Origin: an uncultured bacterium
GTDB lineage: Bacteria; Oederibacteriota; PGYV01; CAWJRG01
Direction of reading: 5' to 3'
Length of the DNA stretch: 64,000 nt
Assembly: GCA_963845185.1 (NCBI GenBank)
Contig: CAWJRG010000010.1
Coordinates: 263,832 to 327,831 of the forward strand
Below are positions 1 to 8,061 of the stretch, piece by piece. The notes below the pieces were generated by a model that had not been told where the DNA came from, did not search any database, and was given only the letters and a program-made list of their open reading frames with translations. Both the position numbers and the translations under genes were made by a program. Numbering within the stretch: position 1 is the first letter of the stretch; each line of letters starts with the position of its first letter.

Positions 1-261
1 TATGGTAAAATGCGGGCACATTGCTTTTGTGTGAAGTGGAGATTTTGTCAGGACTTCTTTTATGCGTGCTACTGCAAAATTCTTTTTTAAATCCGTAATT
101 TTTGCTTTTACACTGTCGCCCGGCACACCGTAAGGCACAAATATCGTAAAACCTTTATTTTTTGCCACACCTTTGCCTTCGTATGCCAGGTCTTCAATGG
201 AAACAACTACCTCCTGGCCCTCAGCTAAATTAACCGTGCTCTCATTTTTTTTCAAACTCAA
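1..261 (-). CDS. TRAM-domain RNA (uracil-5)-methyltransferase, RlmD/RumA-like, N-terminal fragment running off the window
   Basis: This is my own minus-strand translation from TTG 261 (or TTG 255): LKKNESTVNLAEGQEVVVSIEDLAYEGKGVAKNKGFTIFVPYGVPGDSVKAKITDLKKNFAVARIKEVLTKSPLHTKAMCPHF. It shows the TRAM pattern (G-x-GVA, FVP..PGD, KK-x-A-x-A) and the CPHF start of the RumA Fe-S motif. It is absent from the ORF track because it is truncated. The start codon is uncertain. Confidence 0.6.
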   Translation of the reverse strand, partial: MSLKKNESTVNLAEGQEVVVSIEDLAYEGKGVAKNKGFTIFVPYGVPGDSVKAKITDLKKNFAVARIKEVLTKSPLHTKAMCPHFTI

Positions 262-295
262 TTCAGGCCTGCCTTTCTTAAATTTATAATCTTGA

Positions 296-1768
296 TTATT
301 TCTGATCCTTTATCTTTTTTCTGAGAATCTCGTTTACCATTTGAGGGCTGGCTTTTCCTTTTGATTCTTTCATCGCCTGGCCCACAAGAAAACCAAGCCC
401 TTTTTCCTTGCCGCCTTTTATTTCCATGGCAATTTGCTGATTCTCGGATATCACCTTGTCAATCAATGCCTCAATTTCCTTTGTGTTGGTTATCTGCGTA
501 AGCCCTTTATCGCTTACTATTTTTTCAGGGTCATTGCCGTGTTCAAACATCTCGTCAAATACAGTCTTTGCTATTTTTCCGCTTATGATATTTTTTGTTA
601 TCATCTGTATCATTTTGCCCAAGGCCGCGGGCGCTATCTTTGTTGCCGTTATGTTCTTTACGCCCGCATTGTTCATGCGGCCTAAAAGCTCTACCATTAT
701 CCAGTTGCTTGAGAGCTTGGGTTCATTGCATGCTTTTACCGTATTTTCATAAAAGCCGGCTGTTTCCTGGTCCTCGGTCAGAACTTCCGCGTCATACTTT
801 GGCAGGCCGTATTCCTTGATAAATCTTTCCATTTTTTGGCCGGGCAATTCGGGTATTTCCTTTTTTATACTTTCAATATAAATTTTGTCTGTTTCCATGG
901 GCGGAAGGTCTGGCTCAGGAAAATACCTGTAGTCATGAGATTCTTCCTTACTCCTCATCGAAAATGTTTTGTCTTTGTTTGCGTCCCACAGCCTTGTTTC
1001 CTGCGTTACACGCTCACCCGATTCAAGCATTTTCATCTGGCGTTCCGCCTCAAATTCCAACGCTTTTTGTGCGTTGTTGAATGAGTTCATGTTTTTAATC
1101 TCGACTTTAGCTCCTAGCTTTTCTTCGCCTTTCTTCCTCACCGAAATATTTGCGTCGCAGCGCAGGCTTCCTTCTTCCATATTGCAGTCTGAAACATCAA
1201 TATAACGCAGTATTGACTTTACCTGCTTTAAATAAAGGTATGCTTCTTCCGGCGTGCTTAAATCAGGCTCGCTCACAATCTCAATCAAAGGCACACCTGC
1301 CCTATTATAATCCACGAGGCTTTCCTCGGCGTCGCCTATCTGGCCTGTTTTTGTCAGGTGAAGCAGTTTACCTGCGTCCTCTTCCATATGAAGCCGTGTT
1401 ATCCCTATTCTTTTCTTTACGTCTTTATCCGCGATTTCTATAAATCCTTTTATAGCAATGGGCATGTCGTACTGGGATATCTGGTAGGCTTTGGGAAGGT
1501 CCGGGTAATAATAATTTTTCCTGTCAAATTTCGATTTATACGCGATTGTGCAGTTTAAGGCAAGGCCTGCTTTGATGGCGTGGTGCACTACCTGTTTGTT
1601 TATTACAGGCAGACTTCCCGGCAAACCGAGGCATACCGGGCATATGTGCGTGTTGGGTTCGGCTCCGAATTCAGTCGGGCACCCGCAGAATATCTTGCTT
1701 TTTGTATTAAGCTCGGCATGCACCTCGAGCCCTATAACCACTTCATATTTTTCCTTCAGATTTTCCAT
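296..1768 (-). CDS. gatB: Asp/Glu-tRNA amidotransferase subunit B
   Basis: 490 aa. The N-terminus YEVVIGLEVHAELNTKSKIFCGC...CPVCLGLPGSLP is the canonical GatB signature, and the gene sits in a gatC-gatA-gatB context. Confidence 0.97.
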   Translation of the reverse strand: MENLKEKYEVVIGLEVHAELNTKSKIFCGCPTEFGAEPNTHICPVCLGLPGSLPVINKQVVHHAIKAGLALNCTIAYKSKFDRKNYYYPDLPKAYQISQYDMPIAIKGFIEIADKDVKKRIGITRLHMEEDAGKLLHLTKTGQIGDAEESLVDYNRAGVPLIEIVSEPDLSTPEEAYLYLKQVKSILRYIDVSDCNMEEGSLRCDANISVRKKGEEKLGAKVEIKNMNSFNNAQKALEFEAERQMKMLESGERVTQETRLWDANKDKTFSMRSKEESHDYRYFPEPDLPPMETDKIYIESIKKEIPELPGQKMERFIKEYGLPKYDAEVLTEDQETAGFYENTVKACNEPKLSSNWIMVELLGRMNNAGVKNITATKIAPAALGKMIQMITKNIISGKIAKTVFDEMFEHGNDPEKIVSDKGLTQITNTKEIEALIDKVISENQQIAMEIKGGKEKGLGFLVGQAMKESKGKASPQMVNEILRKKIKDQK

Positions 1769-1788
1769 TTACTATTTTATGCCTCTTG

Positions 1789-2187
1789 TCATTCTGCCTT
1801 ATTCTCGCTGCTGCCGGGTTCCTGTTCCTGTGTCTCCTGTTTCGGCTGTTCCTGCGTTTCCTGCTTTGGCTCTTCCTTGTTTTCCTCGCCTGTTTCCGCT
1901 TCCTCTTCTTCTTTTTCCTCTTTCTTGAACTCCGCGGTTTTTTCCTCCCACTCATTTTCCTGCAGGATAACAAGCGGCCTATCCGGATACATGGACATAT
2001 CAAAATTTTCCATAGCAATATCCTGCGATCCGCAAGAAGCGCACTGGACTTCAATATCCACATCCCCGGAATCTTTCTGGCAGTAACGTGTCAGCACACC
2101 TGCGTTAAATTCCCACAGCTCAAGTGGTTTGTAATCAGTAACAACGCTTAAAAAGCCTTTGTCGTTTCCACATTTTCTGCAAATCAT
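1789..2187 (-). CDS. small CxxC...CxxC zinc-ribbon protein with an acidic repetitive tail, function unknown
   Basis: 132 aa. It has Cys pairs CRKC and CASC. The C-terminus is E/K/Q-rich with a tandem PKQETQEQ repeat. It is tightly packed between gatA (stop at 2199) and gatB (start at 1768). Confidence 0.6.
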   Translation of the reverse strand: MICRKCGNDKGFLSVVTDYKPLELWEFNAGVLTRYCQKDSGDVDIEVQCASCGSQDIAMENFDMSMYPDRPLVILQENEWEEKTAEFKKEEKEEEEAETGEENKEEPKQETQEQPKQETQEQEPGSSENKAE

Positions 2188-2198
2188 ATGCTACCTCC

Positions 2199-3659
2199 TT
2201 ATATATTTGGCCTTTTTTTATGCCAATCAGTGTTTTGCTGGTAGATATTCGCGATGTCGAACATATCCTGCTCGCAAAAAGGCTTTCCCAGTATCTGCAT
2301 TCCCACAGGCAAGCCTTTTTTGTCGAAACCGCACGGTATGGACAACCCTGGCAGTCCGGCAAGGTTTGGCGCTATGGTAAATATGTCGGATAAATACATT
2401 GTCATGGGATCCTCTGTCTTTTCTCCGACCTTAAAAGCCGTCGTAGGCGATACCGGAGTTATTATTATGTCAACTTTTTCAAATGTCTTGTCAAAATCTT
2501 TTTTTATCAACGTCCTCACCTTCTGTGCTTTTTTATAATATGCGTCGTAATAACCCGAAGAAAGCACATATGTACCAAGCATTATCCTTCTTTTTGTTTC
2601 CTTACCGAATCCTTTTTGCCTACTTTTCTTATACATATCAATCATATTGTCAGTCGTCGTGTCCCTGAGCCCGTATTGTACGCCGTCGAACCTGGCGAGG
2701 TTCGATGAAGCTTCGGCCGGCGCTATAATATAATAAACATCTATAGCGTAATCCGTGTGCGGCAAACTGATTTTTTCTGTTTTTGCGCCGAGTTTCTCAA
2801 GCACCTTAACCGCGTCAATAATACTTACCTTGACTTCCGGCTGCATTCCCTCGATAAAATATTCTTCCGGAAGCCCTATAACCTTATTTTTTATGTCACT
2901 TTTTAAATTCTTATAATAATCCGCTACCTCAACAGGCGCCGATGTCGAATCACGGTTATCTTTCCCTGCTATATATTTCAGCAATACGGCGTTATCTCTC
3001 GCTGTTTTTGTAATCGGGCCTATCTGGTCAAGCGATGACGCGAACGCTATCAGGCCGTATCTAGATACCCTTCCGTATGTAGGCTTGAGCCCTGTTATTC
3101 CGCAAAGCCCGCTTGGCTGTTTTATCGAGCCCCCGGTATCCGAACCAAGCGCCGCTATGCACATGTCTGCAGCTACCACAGCTGCGGAACCACCACTTGA
3201 ACCTCCTGGAACCCTTTCAATGTCCCACGGATTGCGCGTAGTAAAAAAAGCCGAGTTTTCTGTTGAAGAACCGAATGCATATTCATCCATGTTTGTTTTT
3301 CCTATAAAAACCGCGCCTGCTTCCTGCAGCTTTTCAAGTACAGTAGCAGTATAAGGTGGCCTGTATCCCTCGAGCATTTTTGCCGAACAAGTGGTTGGAT
3401 AGCCGTCAAGCACCATATTATCCTTTATTGCTATTGGTATGCCTGTAAGTTCCGTGACGTTTTGATTTTTTGATAATCTAGCCTCGGCAGCCTCAGCCGA
3501 CTTATACGCAAGGTCTTCTGTCAAAGACACAAAGCCTTTTACCTTTGGATCAACCTGCTTTATCCTTTTATAAACGCTGTCAAGGATATCTTTTGGCTTT
3601 ATTTTCTTTTCTTTCAACTGCGTGCTCAGTTCCTCTATTGTCTGCTGGTACAGTTCCAT
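2199..3659 (-). CDS. gatA: Glu-tRNA(Gln) amidotransferase subunit A
   Basis: 486 aa with the amidase signature GGSSGGSAAVVAA and a full-length GatA-like sequence. Confidence 0.97.
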   Translation of the reverse strand: MELYQQTIEELSTQLKEKKIKPKDILDSVYKRIKQVDPKVKGFVSLTEDLAYKSAEAAEARLSKNQNVTELTGIPIAIKDNMVLDGYPTTCSAKMLEGYRPPYTATVLEKLQEAGAVFIGKTNMDEYAFGSSTENSAFFTTRNPWDIERVPGGSSGGSAAVVAADMCIAALGSDTGGSIKQPSGLCGITGLKPTYGRVSRYGLIAFASSLDQIGPITKTARDNAVLLKYIAGKDNRDSTSAPVEVADYYKNLKSDIKNKVIGLPEEYFIEGMQPEVKVSIIDAVKVLEKLGAKTEKISLPHTDYAIDVYYIIAPAEASSNLARFDGVQYGLRDTTTDNMIDMYKKSRQKGFGKETKRRIMLGTYVLSSGYYDAYYKKAQKVRTLIKKDFDKTFEKVDIIITPVSPTTAFKVGEKTEDPMTMYLSDIFTIAPNLAGLPGLSIPCGFDKKGLPVGMQILGKPFCEQDMFDIANIYQQNTDWHKKRPNI

Positions 3660-3713
3660 ACCCTTCCTCTTTTTTTTAACATTAAACTTTTAACTTTAAA
3701 CATTAAACTGTTT

Positions 3714-3998
3714 TTAAATAATTTTCGGTACCTTAAACCCATTATTTTCTATCGAAGGCGCCGCGTCAAAAACTTTCTTTCTGTCAACTGTTTGCTTTAT
3801 TTCATCTTCCCTATAAACATTTTTCATATCAATAGTGTAAAAAGTCGGCTCAATATTGTCCGTATCAAGCTTTTGAAGTTTATTAATATGTTCAAGAATA
3901 TTCGAAAGCTGCTGCGCATATTTATCTTTTTCTTCCTCTGCTATCTCCAGCCGTGATAAATGCGCAATATACTCAACGTCTTTCTTTGTTATTGCCAT
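3714..3998 (-). CDS. gatC: Asp/Glu-tRNA amidotransferase subunit C
   Basis: 94 aa. The motif VEYIAHLSRLEIAEEE is typical of GatC. It is the first gene of the gat operon, with SD AGGAGT at 4004..4009. Confidence 0.93.
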   Translation of the reverse strand: MAITKKDVEYIAHLSRLEIAEEEKDKYAQQLSNILEHINKLQKLDTDNIEPTFYTIDMKNVYREDEIKQTVDRKKVFDAAPSIENNGFKVPKII

Positions 3999-4015
3999 GT
4001 TTCACTCCTAAATAT

Positions 4016-4108
4016 CGTTTGTTTTGTCAAGCTTCCAGCGCAGACAAAACATTACGAGATTTTGTACCCGCTCAAGTCCGAGGCCACTGGGCCGAGGACA
4101 AGTGGTGC
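4016..4108. repeat. structured intergenic repeat, copy A (three-helix element ending 6 nt from the gatC SD)
   Basis: Plus-strand reading: P1 is cgtTTGTTTTGtc / gaCAAAACATTACG. P2 is GTACC / GGTGC. The internal loop is CGCTCAA / AAGT. P3 is GTCC-GA-GGCC-actg-GGCC-GA-GGAC. The same architecture occurs at 6418, 6520, 9985 and 42391. Confidence 0.75.
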
Positions 4109-4185
4109 TTTAAAAATGCAAATAAATAACTTACGCCCGTTTTTGCGGGGTACTTTTAAACTTATCTTTTTTACCTGTACAAAAG

Positions 4186-4214
4186 AATTTATCATAAAAA
4201 AATAAAGTATTCAA
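4186..4214 (-). promoter_or_regulatory. candidate sigma70-type promoter upstream of repeat copy A and gatC
   Basis: Minus strand: TTGAAT, a 17-nt spacer, then TAAATT. It lies about 70 nt upstream of copy A. The match is only moderate. Confidence 0.3.
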
Positions 4215-4270
4215 GGTCTATCTGGAGATTGGAGGTTGATTGTATCCCCAAAAAACCGAATTTTACTGAT

Positions 4271-6088
4271 TTATTCAGGCTTACTATTATTTTTTGCAGC
4301 ATTTAAAAGCGTTTTTATTTCTGCGGTCTTTTTCTCGGATCTGGTCCATATATCCACTGCTTTTTTATATTCCCCCATGTCATAATATATGTTGCCCAAC
4401 AGATTGTAAAGCGCGCTGTAATTACCGTGCGCAGTTATAATTCTATTTAAGTATTCTATCGCTTGTTCCCTATTTTTATCCAAATACATTATCGCAAGCA
4501 TCAAGCAGGCTTTTTCTGACGGATAATCTGTTGTAAAGTCCTTAAGCTCGCTGAAAGCCTTTTTAAAATTAGCTTTGGTATAAAATTCAGAGTCATCTGC
4601 AGGTGTTAAATACTTAAAATATTTATCGATTTTTTGGGGGTTTACAAAAATAATAGCTTCATCGTCAAAATATACAGCTTTATAATTAAGTCCGGATAAC
4701 TTATCAATAACTGGTGCCCCATAGGAAAGTAAAAAACTGTTTATGTTGTTTTTTGCAATGAAATCCTTATAATTCCCTTGCGTGTAATATATATTAGAAT
4801 ATTCCTGAATTACTGTAAACAGCGCGTTAAGCCTGCCGTTTACCATTATTTTATATTCCGGGAAAAGCATATACTCAAAATATCCGCCCCATTCGTAATT
4901 TGAAAACAAATTTGGCGGTACTTTTGATTTCGTAATATATTTAAGCGCCTGCTCAGGATAAATACTTTTTGGAACTGCTGCTATTTTGAATGCCCCAAAA
5001 GCAAGCAGTAGCAAAGTCACGGCAATATAAATTTTATTGTTGAATGTAACAAGGTCTTTGTTTTCAGTCAACAAAACATCCTTCTTAATAGCCAAAAAGA
5101 TATAATAGGATAAAATTGGCAAGGATGTTATTATAAACAAGGGTATGTTTTTCCTGACTGCTAGACCGGCTGTCAGGAATAAAAGGATTATAACGCCGTC
5201 CTTTAGAAATACCGCGTTTCTCCTTATATCTGAGTCTTTCAAGTTGCGAAAAAATACCAGTATAACCGTTGCCGAATAAATAAAAAAAACTGAAAAATAT
5301 GCTGCGTTATCAATATTCGAAAAATCAAATCCAGTCTGCCATTCTTTTATATATTGTTTGATTCCGAAATCCTGCATGAAAAAAATTAAACTTTTCGGGC
5401 CCTCGGGGCTTATAAACGATGCGAGTATTACGCCGGCAAGTGAAATCAGTAATATTCTAAAATCGTAGGATTGTCTCTTTTCCTTTAACTTATATAAATT
5501 AACGCTGTAAAAAACACAATATATAAACATAACAATCGCGCCGATTATTTCTGTCGCGTGTATGTTCACCCATAAAACAGCTGCAACAGGAAGCGAATAG
5601 TATAATATTTTATGGCTTTTTACCGGCTCATGCTCAAGTACATATATGAAATACAGAATGAATAAAAAAGTGAAAAACTGGGGCCTTAAAACCAGGAAAG
5701 GCGACAGCAAATATACGGCAAGAAGCCAAAAAGGCAGTACCGGCTCAAGGTATTTGGCCTGCTGCCTCACTCGTATAACAAGAAAAAGCAGGCCAAAAAG
5801 TCCTGCTGCCATGAGTATTTTGAAATATAAAAGGTTGTTTATTCCAATAAAAATCGACAACAAATAAATAATAACGTCAAAAAGCCATTCATGCGAATAC
5901 CATTTTTGATTCGCAGCATAGGAAAAAGTATCATATTTCGGCAGGCCGTGAGCTTTTATTATTTCCCTGCCCGATGACATATGCCACCATGTGTCGCTGT
6001 CGAGAAAGTTGTTGTAAGAAATGGAAAAAAGGACAAATAAGGCGGCCAAAAGGAAAAAACCTTTTATTAGAGTGCTTTTTACGGCCAT
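4271..6088 (-). CDS. polytopic membrane protein with C-terminal TPR repeats (candidate GT-C-type glycosyltransferase)
   Basis: 605 aa with more than 10 hydrophobic segments. The N-terminal motif is DTWWHMSSGREI...HEWLFD. The C-terminal roughly 120 aa are TPR-like (AIEYLNRII...YYDMGEYKKAVDIW). Confidence 0.65.
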   Translation of the reverse strand: MAVKSTLIKGFFLLAALFVLFSISYNNFLDSDTWWHMSSGREIIKAHGLPKYDTFSYAANQKWYSHEWLFDVIIYLLSIFIGINNLLYFKILMAAGLFGLLFLVIRVRQQAKYLEPVLPFWLLAVYLLSPFLVLRPQFFTFLFILYFIYVLEHEPVKSHKILYYSLPVAAVLWVNIHATEIIGAIVMFIYCVFYSVNLYKLKEKRQSYDFRILLISLAGVILASFISPEGPKSLIFFMQDFGIKQYIKEWQTGFDFSNIDNAAYFSVFFIYSATVILVFFRNLKDSDIRRNAVFLKDGVIILLFLTAGLAVRKNIPLFIITSLPILSYYIFLAIKKDVLLTENKDLVTFNNKIYIAVTLLLLAFGAFKIAAVPKSIYPEQALKYITKSKVPPNLFSNYEWGGYFEYMLFPEYKIMVNGRLNALFTVIQEYSNIYYTQGNYKDFIAKNNINSFLLSYGAPVIDKLSGLNYKAVYFDDEAIIFVNPQKIDKYFKYLTPADDSEFYTKANFKKAFSELKDFTTDYPSEKACLMLAIMYLDKNREQAIEYLNRIITAHGNYSALYNLLGNIYYDMGEYKKAVDIWTRSEKKTAEIKTLLNAAKNNSKPE

Positions 6089-6089
6089 A

Positions 6090-6407
6090 TTAATCTTTTA
6101 TTTTGATAAAAACCATTTTTACCGTGTCTTTTGTGTCGTTTGTTATACTGTGGTTTTCTTTTTTCTCCGCGGTGAACGCGTCGCCTGCTTTTACCCTGAA
6201 TTCTTTCCCGCCTGCCATAAACTTAGGTGCCCCGGACACAAAATAAAAAAGCTCAATCTCGTCTTCATGCGAGTGCTCGTTTATGGCATCTCCGGGCTTT
6301 ATATAAGCCACGCCAAGTGCATATTTTTCCGCGGTAAAAAGGTACTTCGAGCCAGACTGTTTTTCCTTATTTTTAAACTCCACCTCATTGTCGTTTACAT
6401 GTTTCAT
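6090..6407 (-). CDS. cupin domain protein
   Basis: 105 aa with the cupin motif HSHEDEIELFYFVSG. SD GGAGGA lies at 6411..6416. Confidence 0.8.
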   Translation of the reverse strand: MKHVNDNEVEFKNKEKQSGSKYLFTAEKYALGVAYIKPGDAINEHSHEDEIELFYFVSGAPKFMAGGKEFRVKAGDAFTAEKKENHSITNDTKDTVKMVFIKIKD

Positions 6408-6417
6408 TTTTCCTCCT

Positions 6418-6513
6418 AAGTAAGAGTTTATTTTGTAAACCCGCAGAGTGAAGCAAAATATTACTCTTGCTTACACCCGCTCAAGTCCCGATTTTACGAG
6501 GGACAAGAGGTGT
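6418..6513. repeat. structured intergenic repeat, copy B1
   Basis: P1 is aagagTTTATTTTG / CAAAATATTACTCTT. P2 is ACACC / GGTGT. The loop is CGCTCAA / AAGA. P3 is GTCCC-GA-ttttac-GA-GGGAC. It abuts the cupin SD. Confidence 0.75.
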
Positions 6514-6519
6514 TAAAGT

Positions 6520-6606
6520 CCGTCGATTTTGCCGGGTGTAAAAACCAAAGCCAAAATCTTACGGAATCTTGCACCCGTTCTTGTCTCCATAAGGAGTAAG
6601 TGGTTT
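6520..6606. repeat. structured intergenic repeat, copy B2 (degenerate, in tandem with B1)
   Basis: P1 is ccgtcGATTTTG / CAAAATCttacgg. This is followed by GCACCCGTTCTTGTCTCC-ataa-GGAGTAAGTGGTTT. It ends 7 nt from the stop of the upstream gene (6613). Confidence 0.6.
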
Positions 6607-6612
6607 CTTTTA

Positions 6613-8061
6613 TCATTTTTTTTTCTTATATAAAATAATATCCTTTGTTTCGATTTGTTTGTCGTAAAAAGATCTGAACAATTGCGAAAATGCTTCTTCT
6701 TTTTCCTGCCGCGTAAGGACAAAAAAATCAGGCGGGTTATCCGCCATTTTCGCCCCAAACGTTTCCATGTCGTGCTGATAATACCCGAAAGCGTAAGCGT
6801 ATACAAACCTGGAAGGCGCTTTAATGCCTGTCAGGAAATATATTTCAGGCTCGTTTGGCCATACAAACAAAGTGGTTTTGTCTGTTTTTCCCCTGTTTAT
6901 TATTTCTGCCACGGCGCTGCTCTCATAAAACATTTCCTTGGTATATACACCGCTTTTATAAAATTCTATCAATTTTAAATAATTGATGAAAAAAAATATA
7001 TTAGCGATGAAAAAAACTGCTAATACCGTTAAAGCCGCCTTGTAATTAGTTTTTTTTGTAATCATTGTATAAAAATCCCTGAACATTATTGCCGCAAGGA
7101 TAGCAAGTGCAGGAATAAAAACCATGTAATAATGTGCGTATGTATCCTTAAGTATTCTTATTCCTATATACATTGTTATTACAGAGAAACAAATTAAAAA
7201 ATTGACCCTGTCTTTTGGAGCTTTGAAAAGCTTGTATGCCGACCATAAAAAGGCCATAAGAAGCAACGCATTCGAGTTTATTATTAACCTTAAAACCGCA
7301 AAAAGTTCGTCGTTGTTAGTTCCGGTTGCTTTTGCGCCTATATAAAAAAGGTTGTACATGATGTTACAGTCAATAAAATAATTCAATATACCGTTTTTTA
7401 CGCACCATATTAATACCAGCAGGGTTATTGTCAGGAACCCAGCTGTGTACCATGCTGCGTAACTGATTAGGTCTTTTTTATTTTTATAGTAAAAAATAAG
7501 GTAAATAACCGGCGCCACAAACACGAATAAAACCATGGTTTTTATGTACACGGCTATGCCTATGAAAATGCCTGAAATAAAAAAGTTGACATGCGCATAT
7601 TTTTTTTCAATATCCGTTAAAAACAGCAATGATAAAATCAGGGGTATCTGCAGAAAAACCTCGGTATTGGCTGTTTCGCCCCCCATCATATAATTATTCT
7701 GGTATACCATGTATATAAGCGCTGCGAGCAGAGATAACCACCTACCGCTTATATGCCGCATAAAAATAAAAACAAGTATCATGGTTACAATGACGCATAA
7801 AGTTGTAAATGTCCTTATGGCATATACGGAAATCCCAAAAAAATCAAAAGCGGTTTTGTAAATATAATAAATAAAGGGCGGTTTCTGGTCAAAAGTGTCC
7901 TTATAGGGCAGTTCGTTATGGTATATGTGCTGCGCCATGTAGGCGTATGTGCCCTCATCCCTGTCAAGCGGCATGCCGGTAAACGGCACTCTTATGGCAG
8001 CCATAATTATTATTAACAGCAGCAGCATGCAGATTTCCAGTATGGTTATTTTCTTTTCCAT
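6613..8061 (-). CDS. ArnT/PMT-like (GT39/GT83-type) membrane glycosyltransferase
   Basis: 482 aa and polytopic. The N-terminal motif LDRDEGTYAYMAQHI..LPYKDTFDQKPP is typical of this GT-C family. Confidence 0.7.
   Translation of the reverse strand: MEKKITILEICMLLLLIIIMAAIRVPFTGMPLDRDEGTYAYMAQHIYHNELPYKDTFDQKPPFIYYIYKTAFDFFGISVYAIRTFTTLCVIVTMILVFIFMRHISGRWLSLLAALIYMVYQNNYMMGGETANTEVFLQIPLILSLLFLTDIEKKYAHVNFFISGIFIGIAVYIKTMVLFVFVAPVIYLIFYYKNKKDLISYAAWYTAGFLTITLLVLIWCVKNGILNYFIDCNIMYNLFYIGAKATGTNNDELFAVLRLIINSNALLLMAFLWSAYKLFKAPKDRVNFLICFSVITMYIGIRILKDTYAHYYMVFIPALAILAAIMFRDFYTMITKKTNYKAALTVLAVFFIANIFFFINYLKLIEFYKSGVYTKEMFYESSAVAEIINRGKTDKTTLFVWPNEPEIYFLTGIKAPSRFVYAYAFGYYQHDMETFGAKMADNPPDFFVLTRQEKEEAFSQLFRSFYDKQIETKDIILYKKKK

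Noticed and set aside
4016-4108. The structured repeat as integron attC sites.
   Set aside because: The flanking genes are core housekeeping genes (gatC, gcvH) in conserved operons. There is no integrase. The elements have three helices with conserved loops rather than a single imperfect attC bulged hairpin.
4064-4108. Resemblance of GTACCCGCTCAAGTCC...GGACAAGTGGTGC to the guanidine-III (ykkC-III) core ACCCGG..AGGACAAGACGG.
   Set aside because: The similarity is short and on the strand antisense to the adjacent genes. The element is much larger than the 41-nt pseudoknot. The associated genes are not guanidine transporters or carboxylases.
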